Shown piece after piece: positions 31,955 to 42,190 of a stretch of 64,000 nucleotides of DNA. Positions within the stretch are counted from its first letter, which is position 1; the number at the start of each line of letters is the position of its first letter. The notes beneath the pieces were generated by a model. It made no database searches. It had not been told where the DNA came from and worked only from the letters and a program-made list of their open reading frames with translations. This DNA is from an uncultured Planctomycetota bacterium (lineage in GTDB: Bacteria > Planctomycetota > Planctomycetia > Isosphaerales > Isosphaeraceae). Location of the stretch: assembly GCA_963823665.1 (NCBI GenBank), contig CAWGMQ010000005.1, forward strand, positions 1,856,001-1,920,000. The letters are read 5' to 3'. The position numbers and the translations under genes are program-made.

Positions 31955-32861
31955 TCAGGCGAGTTCGGCGGTGTTGTCGGCGGGCATTGAAGTGCGTTCG
32001 TCGCGCGTGCTGGCTGGGTTGTGCGCGATGGCGAGTCTGCCTGGCCATGCTTGCGACGAAAACTGCGGCAGTCTGAAAACACGTGAAGGGCGTGGACGTA
32101 GGGTGAGGCGAGTTTTGCTCTCGGCGAACTGCGAACTGGCTCGAACGGTCAGCAGGGCTGGCTCGGGCGACGGAATGACGACCCCGAGCATGAAAAGGAC
32201 GTGGCAAGTCGTGCCGCTGAGCACAAAGAAGTGAAAGAGCTCATGGTGGGCGAAAACACCCGGAACCAGAGCCGGCCAGTGCATCAGGTTCATGACCGCG
32301 CCGATGCTGTAGAATAGACCACCCAGCGGAAGGAGCAGTAGCTTTCGGTGCGAATGGCAACGGGCGAGCTCGTTGTAGCAGAAGATGGCGCCCCATCCCA
32401 TCACGAGGTAGGTCAGGGTTGAAAGCCAGATCGGCATCAGGTCGCCACAGAGGACGCGCGTGCCACAGACAGCCGCCGTTGACCAGGCTGCTGTGAGCGT
32501 TCCCCAGAGCCAGGGTCCTCGCATCAATCCCCAGGCGATCGGCGTGTAGGTGCCCGCAATCAGAAGGTAAATCCCCACGTGGTCGAGGCGCTGGAGCCGC
32601 GTGAGGGGTGGGCCGGTCAACCGCGGCTCCATGGAACACTGCGCTCATTCCGTAACACAGCGTCAACGTGATGCCGAAGACGACCAGACAGAGTGCCTTG
32701 ATTCTCTGGTGGCGCGTCGCGACGGTTTGTGCCGCCGTGTTGCCGTATTCAAACGCAACGATGCAGCGTTTCCACAGAAACCAGGTCACTGGTAGTGCCA
32801 CCAGCATTCCGGCGCCGTGGCTCCAGGCATTGATCGGCTCTCGAAGCTGAAGCAATAGCAT
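31955..32861 (-). CDS. hemolysin III / PAQR family membrane protein; +1 frameshift near 32625
   Basis: REPINAWSH, SAVFH, RLDHVGIYLLIAGTYTP, YLVMGW, HELFHFFVL. Confidence 0.88.
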
Positions 32862-33186
32862 GACGTCCCCGCGCGCTAAACACCGTGGGCATGGGGCCGG
32901 ATTACCTGGCGACATTTGAGCAGCGAGGTGCGACGCTACATCAACATGTTTTCGACGCCTGGCCGGCTGGTCCTTGACGAATTATTCGGCGCTCTTCGTA
33001 CGAGGGAAAGGCTGATTTTTCCGGCATTTCTCAAGATGCCGTTCCGAGCGTCTTGCCTGTCACGAATCGCGCAATAGACCGTTTCGCGAGTCATTCGAGA
33101 GAAGAACTCGCTCCAACATCTGTTATACGAGCGCCATGACGAAAGGTTGCTCGCCCTCGGTGCTCGAGCGGCCGGCTCGCCGACCG

Positions 33187-34059
33187 TTATTTCACCTTCA
33201 ACAGCTCGACCACGAAGAACAGAGTTGTCCTGGGTGGAACCTCGGTGCCTTTGCCTGCGTCGCCGTAGCCGAGCTCGGCGGGAATGAGCAGCTTTCGCTT
33301 GCCGCCCACCCTCATGGTGGCGACGCCCTCATCCCGGCCCTTGAGCACGTCGGAGTGGCCCAGCGAAAAGGAAAAGGGCTCGTCCCGGTCGACCGAGCTG
33401 TCAAGCTTCTTTCCCTTGGCATTTCCGCGCCAGAGCCAACCGGTGTAGTGGATCACGCAAGTCTGGCCCGTTCTGGGTTCGGCACCGGTACCCTCTCTCT
33501 CATCGAAGTACTCGAGCCCGCTGTCGGTTCTCTTCCAGATCTCGAGCAGCTCGACCTCGTAGAGCACATCGGCGTTCGGTGGGATGACACCTCCGGCTCC
33601 ATGCTCACCGAAAGCGAGATTGGCTGGAATCAAGAGTTCACGCTTTCCACCGGCCCTCATGCTGGAGACACCTTCGTCCCAGCCCTTGATCACTTCGCCG
33701 GTGCCCACGTGGAACGTGTAGGGCGCTCCCCGATCGAGCTCACTGCGATCTCCTTCCTTGGAGGTATCGAATTGCTTTCCCTTGGCCCCCTTATCCCAGA
33801 GCCAGCCGGTGTAATGTACGACGCACGTCTGGCCGGCTTTCGGCGGCTCGCCTTTGCCTTCGATGACATCCCTGTACTCAAGCCCGCTTTCGGTCCTGGT
33901 CCGGGCCTGCTTTCGGTTTTCCTTATTCCTGCCTCTCTCCTGCTCGACCGGAGAGGGACTCGTCTCGCGCGTCATGGCGGGTACGACGGGCGGGAGGGAA
34001 ACCGCCAGAGCCGCGAGAACCAGGAATAAAGGCCGAGCGGGGACGTTGAATTCTGTCAT
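33187..34059 (-). CDS. exported FKBP-type peptidyl-prolyl isomerase with two FKBP domains
   Basis: Two copies of SGLEY...G.G..P..GQTCV.HYTGWL...FD/LD.S...G.DEGV..MR.GGKR.L.IP..L; signal-peptide-like N-terminus. Confidence 0.92.
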   Translation of the reverse strand: MTEFNVPARPLFLVLAALAVSLPPVVPAMTRETSPSPVEQERGRNKENRKQARTRTESGLEYRDVIEGKGEPPKAGQTCVVHYTGWLWDKGAKGKQFDTSKEGDRSELDRGAPYTFHVGTGEVIKGWDEGVSSMRAGGKRELLIPANLAFGEHGAGGVIPPNADVLYEVELLEIWKRTDSGLEYFDEREGTGAEPRTGQTCVIHYTGWLWRGNAKGKKLDSSVDRDEPFSFSLGHSDVLKGRDEGVATMRVGGKRKLLIPAELGYGDAGKGTEVPPRTTLFFVVELLKVK

Positions 34060-34382
34060 GGAAACGCGACCTCCCTGCATCGATCCATCGCGAACTCGGA
34101 TCCATTCGTCGAGCCTTCCTGGGCTCTACGGCGTGTGACCCTACCATAACGCTTGCGATGATGGGAATGCGATTAGGACATCTTGTGACGCGCTTTGAAC
34201 CCAGGAAAGCGATTTGTTGTCCGAATATTTAGGCGATTTTGCCGATGAACTAAAAGAGCGGAAGAACCATCCGCACGGACTGGACGTATTAATTAGAATC
34301 GGAACAACCCGGCGGTGCGCTTTGGCCGGCTGCGGTTTCTTCACGGAGTGAACGGGGTCCGACGCTCGGGAGACACCCTCTC

Positions 34383-35597
34383 ATGGTGGGCGCATTTGGG
34401 GTGGGAGACTGGATCGGTGGGCGATTCCAGATCTTCGACATCCACGAGGGGGGAATGAGCCTGGTTTACGTGGTCAACGACCAGATGAATGGTCCTGGCC
34501 CGCAAGTGGTTGCGCTCAAGACACTTCGGGGCGAGCTGCTGAGAAGTCGCCTCCGGCTGAGCCGGTTTGCACAGGAGTGCCGGCTCTGGGTGCAGCTCGG
34601 CGAACACCCGAACATTGTCCGTGCCCATTCGGTGGAAGTGTTTGACGGCCGGCCCTATGTGGTGCTCGAGCTGATTCAGGGGGGCGATCTGAATCGCTGG
34701 ATCGGCTCGCGCCGTCTGGATCTAGAGCAGTCGCTTCGATTTGGCCATCAATTCTGCCTGGGCCTAGAGCACGCTTTGCGCCAGGGTTTGCATTGCCATC
34801 GCGATATCAAGCCCGCGAATCTACTCGTGACCGAGGACGGCAAGCTCAAGATTACTGACTTCGGGCTTGCGAGGATCTCCGAAGAGATGATCGCCGTGCG
34901 CCAGGAGCTCCCGGACGGCTCGATTCCCCTTGCCGAGTCCAGCAAGCTTCAGCCGATTATCTGGACTGATCCCAGAGACAGGGATGCCGAGCTTCGCCTT
35001 GCTCTGAGCGAGGCCCGGCCAGCCGTGAAATCCGTTGATGGGCGAATGAACGCGATTCACTCCGGCAGAGAAGATCGGAGTGAAGGCCTCGGGCCAATCG
35101 GCTACGCCGTCGCCCCAGCTTCCGATTCGTCCACGTCCCGCGCAATCCCGGGTCGAGGCACGACGCCTCACACCCCGAGCACCGCAGAGAAAAGCACGAG
35201 CGACTACGTCTCGCCATACGAGACTTTCGACCCGCGTCTGACTCGGACCGGTGCGCGTCTGGGCACAGGTGCTTACATGGCGCCGGAGCAGTTCCGCGAC
35301 GCGGCCTCAGTTGACGTTCGCGCCGATATCTATGCTTTCGGCGTCGTGCTCTTCGAGATGATCACGGGAGCGCTTCCGTTCAACGGCCGATCGTCCGATG
35401 CGCTTGGCCACCAGCATTCACAGTACAAGCCGGCCTCGATCGTCCCCTCGGTGCACCACCGGCATGCGAAGCTTGCCAAGAGCGTGGACGAGATCGTGCA
35501 ACGTTGCCTGATGAAAGAGCCCGCGGACAGGTTCCGCTCCGTCGCCGAGCTGCGGATGGCGATCAAGCAGATTGTGGCTCAGCTCACGCGCAGGTAA
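34383..35597 (+). CDS. Ser/Thr protein kinase (cytoplasmic, greatly extended activation segment)
   Basis: GGMSLVY, VALK, HPNIV, HRDIKPAN, DFG, GTGAYMAPE, DIYAFG. Confidence 0.9.
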   Translation: MVGAFGVGDWIGGRFQIFDIHEGGMSLVYVVNDQMNGPGPQVVALKTLRGELLRSRLRLSRFAQECRLWVQLGEHPNIVRAHSVEVFDGRPYVVLELIQGGDLNRWIGSRRLDLEQSLRFGHQFCLGLEHALRQGLHCHRDIKPANLLVTEDGKLKITDFGLARISEEMIAVRQELPDGSIPLAESSKLQPIIWTDPRDRDAELRLALSEARPAVKSVDGRMNAIHSGREDRSEGLGPIGYAVAPASDSSTSRAIPGRGTTPHTPSTAEKSTSDYVSPYETFDPRLTRTGARLGTGAYMAPEQFRDAASVDVRADIYAFGVVLFEMITGALPFNGRSSDALGHQHSQYKPASIVPSVHHRHAKLAKSVDEIVQRCLMKEPADRFRSVAELRMAIKQIVAQLTRR

Positions 35598-35630
35598 TTC
35601 ACGCAAGCTGAGCATGGACCCGGCCAATTC

Positions 35631-35789
35631 TCAGCCGTCCTTGGGATTTCCCTGGTGCTGAGTGGGTGGATCCCAGGCTTCGGGAGGGTAGTCGTGGTAC
35701 GTATACGCCAAGGTATGCAGGCAGCCCGTCGAGCCAAGGCTCGCCACGAGCAGCACACCGACAGCGATCATTCGAGCGATCCTCGCCAT
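35631..35789 (-). CDS. 52-aa putative lipoprotein (not in ORF track)
   Basis: GGAAAGGA RBS; MARIARMIAVGVLLVASLGSTGCLHTLAYTYHDYPPEAWDPPTQHQGNPKDG, with a basic N-region, hydrophobic core and STG-C lipobox-like site. Confidence 0.7.
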   Translation of the reverse strand: MARIARMIAVGVLLVASLGSTGCLHTLAYTYHDYPPEAWDPPTQHQGNPKDG

Positions 35790-35820
35790 GGCTCGATCCT
35801 TTCCTTTGGCTAGCTCGCCG

Positions 35821-36150
35821 TCACGGAGTCGGGAGTGAAGGAGGCGTTGTCGATGTCCCGGCCGGGGCCAGTGGCGCTGCGGGGGCAGCAGCAGCCGGTG
35901 CTCCGGTGGCAGCAGCGGGCGACGTTGAGGCAGCCGGGCCGCCTGAGCCGTTTGAGCCCACTGACGGCGGGCCTGTGTACGTTCCGGGCATCATCGAGTA
36001 ACCCGGCCCATAGGCTGGCGTGGGGAAGTCATCGCACGTGTCGCAGTGCCAGATCGAAAAGTGGGCAATTGATGGCCAGTGGCCAGACGCACACCCTGCC
36101 AGTCCTGTAGCCAACATGACGACCATCACCGCGTTGCGAAGCCTCACCAT
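35821..36150 (-). CDS. putative small lipoprotein with CxxC motif and Pro/Ala-rich tail
   Basis: GGAAAGGA RBS; MVRLRNAVMVVMLATGLAG-C lipobox; WHCDTCDDFP. Confidence 0.72.
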   Translation of the reverse strand: MVRLRNAVMVVMLATGLAGCASGHWPSIAHFSIWHCDTCDDFPTPAYGPGYSMMPGTYTGPPSVGSNGSGGPAASTSPAAATGAPAAAAPAAPLAPAGTSTTPPSLPTP

Positions 36151-36431
36151 GACTGAAATCCTTTCCTGTCCGTACGGATGAGACCGGCGATGACCGTGCA
36201 TCGACCAGAGACTCACTATCTTCGTGCGGCAAGACGAATTACGATCGCCGGGCGAGTCGATTCCGGCGCATCGCAATCGCGCATTTCCGACGCCGATGTC
36301 GTTAGATCGGTTAAACCTGCCTCGATCGATGAGTCCAATTCGCCAGACACTGGACAGTTGGTCTTCTACAACCGCCGGAACTTTGCGCGGCACGGTTGCT
36401 TCCGCTCAACCGAATCTCGTCCGGCATTCGC

Positions 36432-38162
36432 CTACTCTCGTGTTCCCACGCCGGGGATCCCGGTGTTCTCGGGCGTGGCACCGGCTTCGATCGTGCGCGC
36501 CGCTTGACTGTAGCGATCCCGCCACTGGATGCGCTCCGCGGATTCGATCGTGAGGAATGCAAGCTGACCGTAGTGGCTGGCGGTTCGGCTGCAAACGGCG
36601 GCCCACGCCGCACGATCAACTTTGAATTCCGCAGCCACACGCGCCGGCTCGAGGCTAATGGCAGCCACTTCCGCCGGCCACCCAAACGCGCCCTGGGCTT
36701 TGAGGCCAGCGAGCACCGCCTCCGCGAGCGCGACTTGCCCCTTCAAGTTCGGATGCACATTATCATGAAAGAGGTGGTTGTCGAGGATCCCGTGCGGGCT
36801 CCGGGCCTTGAGGACGACAGGTCCGTCCACGAGAACAACACTTCGCTTGTGGCGCTGCGCGACCGTGCGATATGCGGATTCGAGGCGAGTGCTCGCGCGC
36901 ATGGGCAGGCCGTCAAGATCGCGGGCCAGAATGTAATGGCGATCGGCTTGGGCGAACGAACCTTCCGATTCGAGCAACCGCGCCAGACGGTGATGGGTCT
37001 GCGCGTGTACGGGCTGGACAGCAAGGATTTTGCGGTAGGCCGCGATGGCAGAGGACGGGTTGCCTTCCTCAAAAGAGCGAATCTGGGTCAATTGCTCAAA
37101 GAGCGCGCGCCGTGCATCCGCTCGCAATTCCGCCAGAGCGTATGACTGACTTGGGTCCGACGCATCATTGCCGGGGGGAATGATCAGGATCGGCAAGCAA
37201 CCGATCCGCTCACAATCCGCGACAATTGTTTCGAGACGGCGCTCGAAGTCGTCGAAGACCCGCCCGGCGTCTTCCTGCGTGCAGACAGGACGGCCGATCG
37301 TTGATTCCAGAGCGCCGAATGACTGTGCGGGCACGAGCCCGACATGCTGCTTTTCGAGATTTTCCCGCGCCAGTCGCGCGACGGCAGAGAGGCGCCCGAA
37401 CGACTCGAGCCACGTCCTTGCCCAGGATTGCGATCGTTCATCCTCGTAGTAGAGCACTCGGTTTGAAAGTGAGAAGCGCGCCAGAAACTCGTTGTGCCCG
37501 GAATAAACGATCAGAGCATCGGGCCGATGCGTCGATCGAGCGAGTTTCAGGTGCATCGTCTCCAGTGTCGCTCCCTTCTCGGCCAGGTTCTCAACACGGA
37601 ACCGGCGCGAGGGCATCGCCCGCTCAAGCTCGCGTGCGACGACCGCACCCACGGACAGCCAGCCCTCATAGGGAACGCCGAGGGCACTCGATTCACCGAT
37701 GACGACGATGCGCACCTCCTTGTCAGATCCGGGCTGCTCGACGAACGTGGCGGGCAGGGATGGCAGGCGATGAATCCAGGCGAGCCAGGCTCCGGCGACT
37801 ACTTCAGCGATGCCGAATAAAAGCAGGGTTGTGCCGCAGAGTAGCGACCATCTGGCGGCGGTTGCGTTTCGCAGCCAACGAGCGCGGGAATTTGCATTTG
37901 ACCTTGATCGAGCGAACGCCGTGAGGGATAGAGCGAGACCGATGGTCGCGGCGGCCGCGGCCATGGGGTAAATCGCCAGGAGCATCGTCAAGACCGCGAC
38001 AACCGCGTGCCGGAGAAGCAGGCGGCCGGGGCTGAGGGTCCTGAGCCAGTCGCTGCCCAGAAAGATAACGACGCCGATTGAAGCCAGCGCGATGGCCGTT
38101 CCGGTGAGCCGAGCCAGGGGAAGAAGCCGATGAGGAAGCCGCTGGAAACGTGCCTTCGTCAT
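36432..38162 (-). CDS. membrane protein with SGNH/GDSL-like and TPR-like domains
   Basis: N-terminal TMs; IVVIGESSA, YSGHNEF, DNVHP blocks; helical repeat around AIAAYRKIL. Confidence 0.7.
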   Translation of the reverse strand: MTKARFQRLPHRLLPLARLTGTAIALASIGVVIFLGSDWLRTLSPGRLLLRHAVVAVLTMLLAIYPMAAAAATIGLALSLTAFARSRSNANSRARWLRNATAARWSLLCGTTLLLFGIAEVVAGAWLAWIHRLPSLPATFVEQPGSDKEVRIVVIGESSALGVPYEGWLSVGAVVARELERAMPSRRFRVENLAEKGATLETMHLKLARSTHRPDALIVYSGHNEFLARFSLSNRVLYYEDERSQSWARTWLESFGRLSAVARLARENLEKQHVGLVPAQSFGALESTIGRPVCTQEDAGRVFDDFERRLETIVADCERIGCLPILIIPPGNDASDPSQSYALAELRADARRALFEQLTQIRSFEEGNPSSAIAAYRKILAVQPVHAQTHHRLARLLESEGSFAQADRHYILARDLDGLPMRASTRLESAYRTVAQRHKRSVVLVDGPVVLKARSPHGILDNHLFHDNVHPNLKGQVALAEAVLAGLKAQGAFGWPAEVAAISLEPARVAAEFKVDRAAWAAVCSRTASHYGQLAFLTIESAERIQWRDRYSQAARTIEAGATPENTGIPGVGTRE

Positions 38163-38280
38163 GCGCCCCCCTTTTCGGTTCGACCCACCTTTGCGTATGA
38201 TCAGCGAATAGCTCGTGGGACCTGGAAAATCCGAAATTGAAGCCGTTGCCGCATGCCCCACTGGGGTGAGGCACCTGATC

Positions 38281-38805
38281 ATGACGCGACGATCTCGAGG
38301 CCGTGAAGTCGCCCTTCAGGTCTTGTACCAGGTCGAGCAGAATGCGGGAATCTCTCCGGAAGAGATTCATCGGTTCATCGTGCGCCGGCTGCTGGAAGAC
38401 CGCAAACTCTGCGAATTCACCGAATCGCTGACGGCGGGGGTCAAGGAACATCAGGCCGAACTGGATGCGATGATCTCGCAGGTTGCCGAGAACTGGCGGC
38501 TTGACCGCATGGCAGCAATCGACCGGAACATCCTGCGGCTGGGTGCGTATGAAATGCTCTATTGTCCCGAGGTTCCCGCCAAGGTTGCCATTAACGAGGC
38601 GCTCGAGCTGGCAAAGCGTTACAGCACGGCTCAATCAAGCCGGTTCGTCAACGGCATTCTGGACCGGGTGCTGCAATGGCACACTCAGGGGGCAAAGGCC
38701 GATGTCGAGCAGGCGCCCGGAGTCGAGGTGACCGACCAGGCCCCGATCGAGCCTGAGCCATCCTCCGGGCCCGAGGCGGCGGCGGATGACGGTCAAACCG
38801 GATAA
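38281..38805 (+). CDS. nusB: transcription antitermination factor NusB
   Basis: RRSRGREVALQVLY, NWRLDRM..IDRNILRLG.YE, VAINEALELAKRY, FVNGILD. Confidence 0.96.
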   Translation: MTRRSRGREVALQVLYQVEQNAGISPEEIHRFIVRRLLEDRKLCEFTESLTAGVKEHQAELDAMISQVAENWRLDRMAAIDRNILRLGAYEMLYCPEVPAKVAINEALELAKRYSTAQSSRFVNGILDRVLQWHTQGAKADVEQAPGVEVTDQAPIEPEPSSGPEAAADDGQTG

Positions 38806-39666
38806 GGCCGTTGCCGCAAGTTTGCCGTCACGGCATCGGCCATCGCCGGGCGCCGCCGACTTGCACGTGCATACAACTCACTCCGACGGGGTGTGCTCTC
38901 CGTGTGAGGTGGTTGTGGCTGCGGCGCGGGTGGGCCTAGGGGCGCTGGCCATCACGGATCACGATACGGTATCGGCGCTCGAGATCGCGCGACCGGAGGC
39001 GGCGTGGTGGGGTCTCGAGCTCATTCCCGGAGTGGAGCTGACCAGTGAGTTCGAAGGCCGTGAGCTGCACATCCTGGGGTACTTTATCCGCGATGATGAT
39101 CAGGCATTGCTCGAGGCGATGGAGTTCCTGCGCCTCGGGAGGTCTTCGCGCTTGCGCGCGATGGTCGCCCGTCTGAAAGAGCTTGGGTTGTTCATCGACG
39201 ACAAGGCCCTCAGGCTGGCGTATCCACGAGCCGTTCTGGGGCGGCGTCACCTCGCGGAATTCCTGGTCCGGAGCGGGCAGGTGAAGAGTCTGCGTGCGGC
39301 GTTTCTTGAGTACCTGGGCGATGGCTGCCCTGCTTGTGTCGACAAGACTCGCCTTGATGCCGGACGGGCCATCGCGCTTGTTCAAGCGGCCGGAGGCGTG
39401 GCGGCGCTCGCTCACCCGCCGGTCAATCTACGCGAATCGACGCTTCGGGCGCTGTGGAGCTTGGCCTGCGCGCCATTGAAGCGGACGGGCCAGGCTTTTC
39501 TCGAAACCTGAGTCGGCGGATTGAAGCGCAGGCTAGCCGGCTGGAGTTAATCAGCACCGCGGGGAGCGACTTCCATGCGGCTGACCGACCGGGGCGGTGG
39601 GTGGGCGCGATCACGACCACTCGTGATCAGCTTGAACGCTTGCGCGCCGCAAGCCAGACGCGGTAG
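38786..39666 (+). CDS. PHP domain protein (TrpH/YciV-like); single-base frameshift near 39453
   Basis: DLHVHTTHSDG, AITDHD, PGVEL, HILGY, LAHP; GSDFH lies in the next frame (ORF 39454..39666). Confidence 0.88.
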
Positions 39667-39907
39667 GGGCATACCCGCCTCGATCTGTATTCCGCGGTTT
39701 TTGCTCAACCGCGTTGCCGGAACTCGCCGTCAACCGACACCCGGATTGACTTTCAGCCGCACAACAATCATTGTCTAAATGCCTCTCCGGCGACGTTCTG
39801 CACGCCTGAAGCAGAAAATCTGGATGAGAGAGCACTTGCCTTCCCGAGTGGCTAAACAACCGGTAGGCGGCCTGATGTGCTCTTTAGAATAGCGATGGAG
39901 GATCATT

Positions 39908-40552
39908 TTGTTGCCCGAGATACCGACCGAGCTGCTGGAAGCCAAGAGTACACTGCGCCGCGCGGCATACGATGCCCGCAATGCACAGAAGAACAAGGAC
40001 CGCGTGAGTGAAGCCGCGGTTGCCACGATGATGAAGCTGCCGGAATATGAGGCGGCCAAGACGGCCTTATGGTATATCGACTGCCGGTCCGAGCTACGTA
40101 CGCGGCATGCGCTTCCGACCGCGCTCGAGAGCGACAAGAAGATCGTCGTTCCCTATTGCACACTGGACGACTTCGGCGCGAACAAGCTGGGCCTCTGGTG
40201 GCTCAAGAGCATGGACGAGTTGACAGTTGGCAAGTGGAACATTCTGGAGCCGCCTCGAGACCGATGGGAAGAACCCGAAAGGTCGATTCAGGCTGAAGAG
40301 CTTGACATCGTGATCGTACCCGGCGTGGGCTTCAACCGCCGCGGGGGTCGGATGGGCAACGGCCAGGGTTACTACGACCGGTTACTGCTTCGCGTGCGGC
40401 CGGATTGTCCGCTTGTTGCTCTCTGTTATGAAAGCCAGTTGTTCGACAATCTGATTGTCGGCCCGCATGATGTCTTCATGGACAAAGTGGTGACCGAAAA
40501 GGCGACATACGACGGCCAGGGTCGAGCGCAAGACTGGCGAAGCGATTCTTGA
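39908..40552 (+). CDS. ygfA: 5-formyltetrahydrofolate cyclo-ligase
   Basis: K..LRR, ILEP, DIVIVPGVGF...GGRMGNGQGYYDR, HDVFMD.VVTE. Confidence 0.92.
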   Translation: MLPEIPTELLEAKSTLRRAAYDARNAQKNKDRVSEAAVATMMKLPEYEAAKTALWYIDCRSELRTRHALPTALESDKKIVVPYCTLDDFGANKLGLWWLKSMDELTVGKWNILEPPRDRWEEPERSIQAEELDIVIVPGVGFNRRGGRMGNGQGYYDRLLLRVRPDCPLVALCYESQLFDNLIVGPHDVFMDKVVTEKATYDGQGRAQDWRSDS

Positions 40553-40567
40553 GTACCAGGTTAGCCC

Positions 40568-41500
40568 ATGCCCGCCGTGATCGATGACACCTATGCCGAG
40601 GCCTTTCGCAGCATTTATGTTGAGTTCCTGATCACGGCTTGCAGTCGACGATGGGTCGAGCATGCCGTGGCGGCTGCGACCGGAAATGCCTCGAGCACCA
40701 TCATGTGTGATTGCGAGGCCGGGGTCGATCGATATGTCGGCCCCCAGGGGGATGAATCATTCGCTACTCCGGATGGCCGCCCGGGTGCGATTGTGCAACT
40801 GCACGTTCCGCGATTCCGGAAGGACCGTGTGCCGGCTCTGGAACGATCGGCTCTGGTCCGGATTTGCCAGAACGTGCTGACCTGCCCGACGACTGCGTGC
40901 TTCAATCTCATCGACTCGCCAGAATACTTTCACATGGGTCGCAAGGTCGCCTATTTCGGGGATGGGTTTCAGAAGCGTATCGAGCGATTCGGTCGCAAGA
41001 TGTGGTGGGTGCCCACACTCGGCGGCGAATTCATCCTCGACCGGCGGCTGGGCTACCTAGACGGACTCATGGGCGGCAATCTGTGGTACATGGGCGAGAC
41101 TGAAGATGCAGCATTGGCTGCCGCTGAGGCGGGTGAAGCGGCGGTGCGCGATTGTCCGGGTGTGATCATGCCTTTTCCTGGTGGTATCGCCGGGAGCGGG
41201 TCGAAGGCGGGCAGCAAATACTCGTTTGCGGTTGCGAGCACTTATGAGAAGTTTTGCCCGAAGCTGGCGGATGACCCGGCGGCCAAGACGGATTTGCCGC
41301 CGAATGTGGGCTCGGTGATGGAGATCATTATCAACGGCCGCGATTTGAGTTCGATCAGTCGTGCCACGCAAGCAGCGATCAAAGCCTCTGTGAACACGCC
41401 TGGTCTGCTCCGGATCTCGGCGGGGAACTATGGCGGGCGGCTGGGGAAGAGTTTTGTTTATCTTCATCCGGAAAAGCAGACTCTGGCTCCCGGATCGTAA
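40568..41500 (+). CDS. fhcD: formylmethanofuran:tetrahydromethanopterin N-formyltransferase
   Basis: IDDTYAEAF, CDCEAG.D, TPDGRPG, QNVLTCPTTA, GGN, PFPGGI..SGSK, EIIING, ISAGNYGG.LG. Confidence 0.93.
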   Translation: MPAVIDDTYAEAFRSIYVEFLITACSRRWVEHAVAAATGNASSTIMCDCEAGVDRYVGPQGDESFATPDGRPGAIVQLHVPRFRKDRVPALERSALVRICQNVLTCPTTACFNLIDSPEYFHMGRKVAYFGDGFQKRIERFGRKMWWVPTLGGEFILDRRLGYLDGLMGGNLWYMGETEDAALAAAEAGEAAVRDCPGVIMPFPGGIAGSGSKAGSKYSFAVASTYEKFCPKLADDPAAKTDLPPNVGSVMEIIINGRDLSSISRATQAAIKASVNTPGLLRISAGNYGGRLGKSFVYLHPEKQTLAPGS

Positions 41501-41528
41501 GCGGGTGCGGACGCCCCATGGGTTTGGA

Positions 41529-41646
41529 ATCGACCTGATCACCGTGATGGCGAGCACGTTGTATCGCCTGATGGCGGATCGGATCGGGCGGGAGTACGAC
41601 AAGGCCCAGGCCAAGATGATCTTCCGCAACCTGATGGATGTCTCAC
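41529..41646 (+). mobile_element. transposase C-terminal remnant
   Basis: IDLITVMASTLYRLMADRIGREYDKAQAKMIFRNLMDVS resembles, from memory, the C-terminus of large IS transposases; no start, no inverted repeats seen. Confidence 0.45.
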
Positions 41647-41737
41647 CGACTTTCCATCATGAGTTCGTGTCCGTCGGCCCAGATCGATATCGCTGGGCAC
41701 GACAGTTTTGAAGCCGAGATCCCGCCTATCTGCGTCG

Positions 41738-42190
41738 TCAAGCTACGGCTGCGGCTGCGAGGCAGGCGAGCGCTGCGAGGGCCGCGAGATTTCTCGCCAC
41801 GTGAAAACGCCGCCAAAGAGTCCGATAGTGTTCAGCCCGTTCCGGCATCTGGCCTTCGGGTAGCCGACGAAATTTCGAGTTGATCGGCTCGGCGATAGTA
41901 ATTGACGCGACCACCACCAGCACGATGAATCCAACTCCGGCCCAAGCAAGAGCTGTCGCGGCGCCGCTGCGGTTCAAGGCAAAGAACGTCGCGGCGGCGC
42001 CGGCGGTCACACCGAGGATGGGCATCATAGGATCCGCCCGAAACAGCGACCGCCGAAAATCGACAGCGTATTGTTCAAGGGGCATTCGCCGCCATAAGTT
42101 TGTTCGTTCAACGGCGAAAATCAAGATCCCACCGGACCACAGCCCACAGAAGACCAACATCATCCAGGCGCTGATCTGCGTGATCGTCAT
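41738..42190 (-). CDS. DUF1772 / anthrone-oxygenase-like membrane protein
   Basis: GLWSG, MP, PINSKF, W.RFH..R motifs; 4 TMs. Confidence 0.75.
   Translation of the reverse strand: MTITQISAWMMLVFCGLWSGGILIFAVERTNLWRRMPLEQYAVDFRRSLFRADPMMPILGVTAGAAATFFALNRSGAATALAWAGVGFIVLVVVASITIAEPINSKFRRLPEGQMPERAEHYRTLWRRFHVARNLAALAALACLAAAAVA

Noticed and set aside
33335..33337. Trp-to-Arg (KGRDEG) in the second FKBP domain, and similarly Gly-to-Arg (DVRAH) in AlsS, as functional novelties
   Set aside because: Single-base differences in an evidently error-prone sequence; cannot be interpreted without reads.
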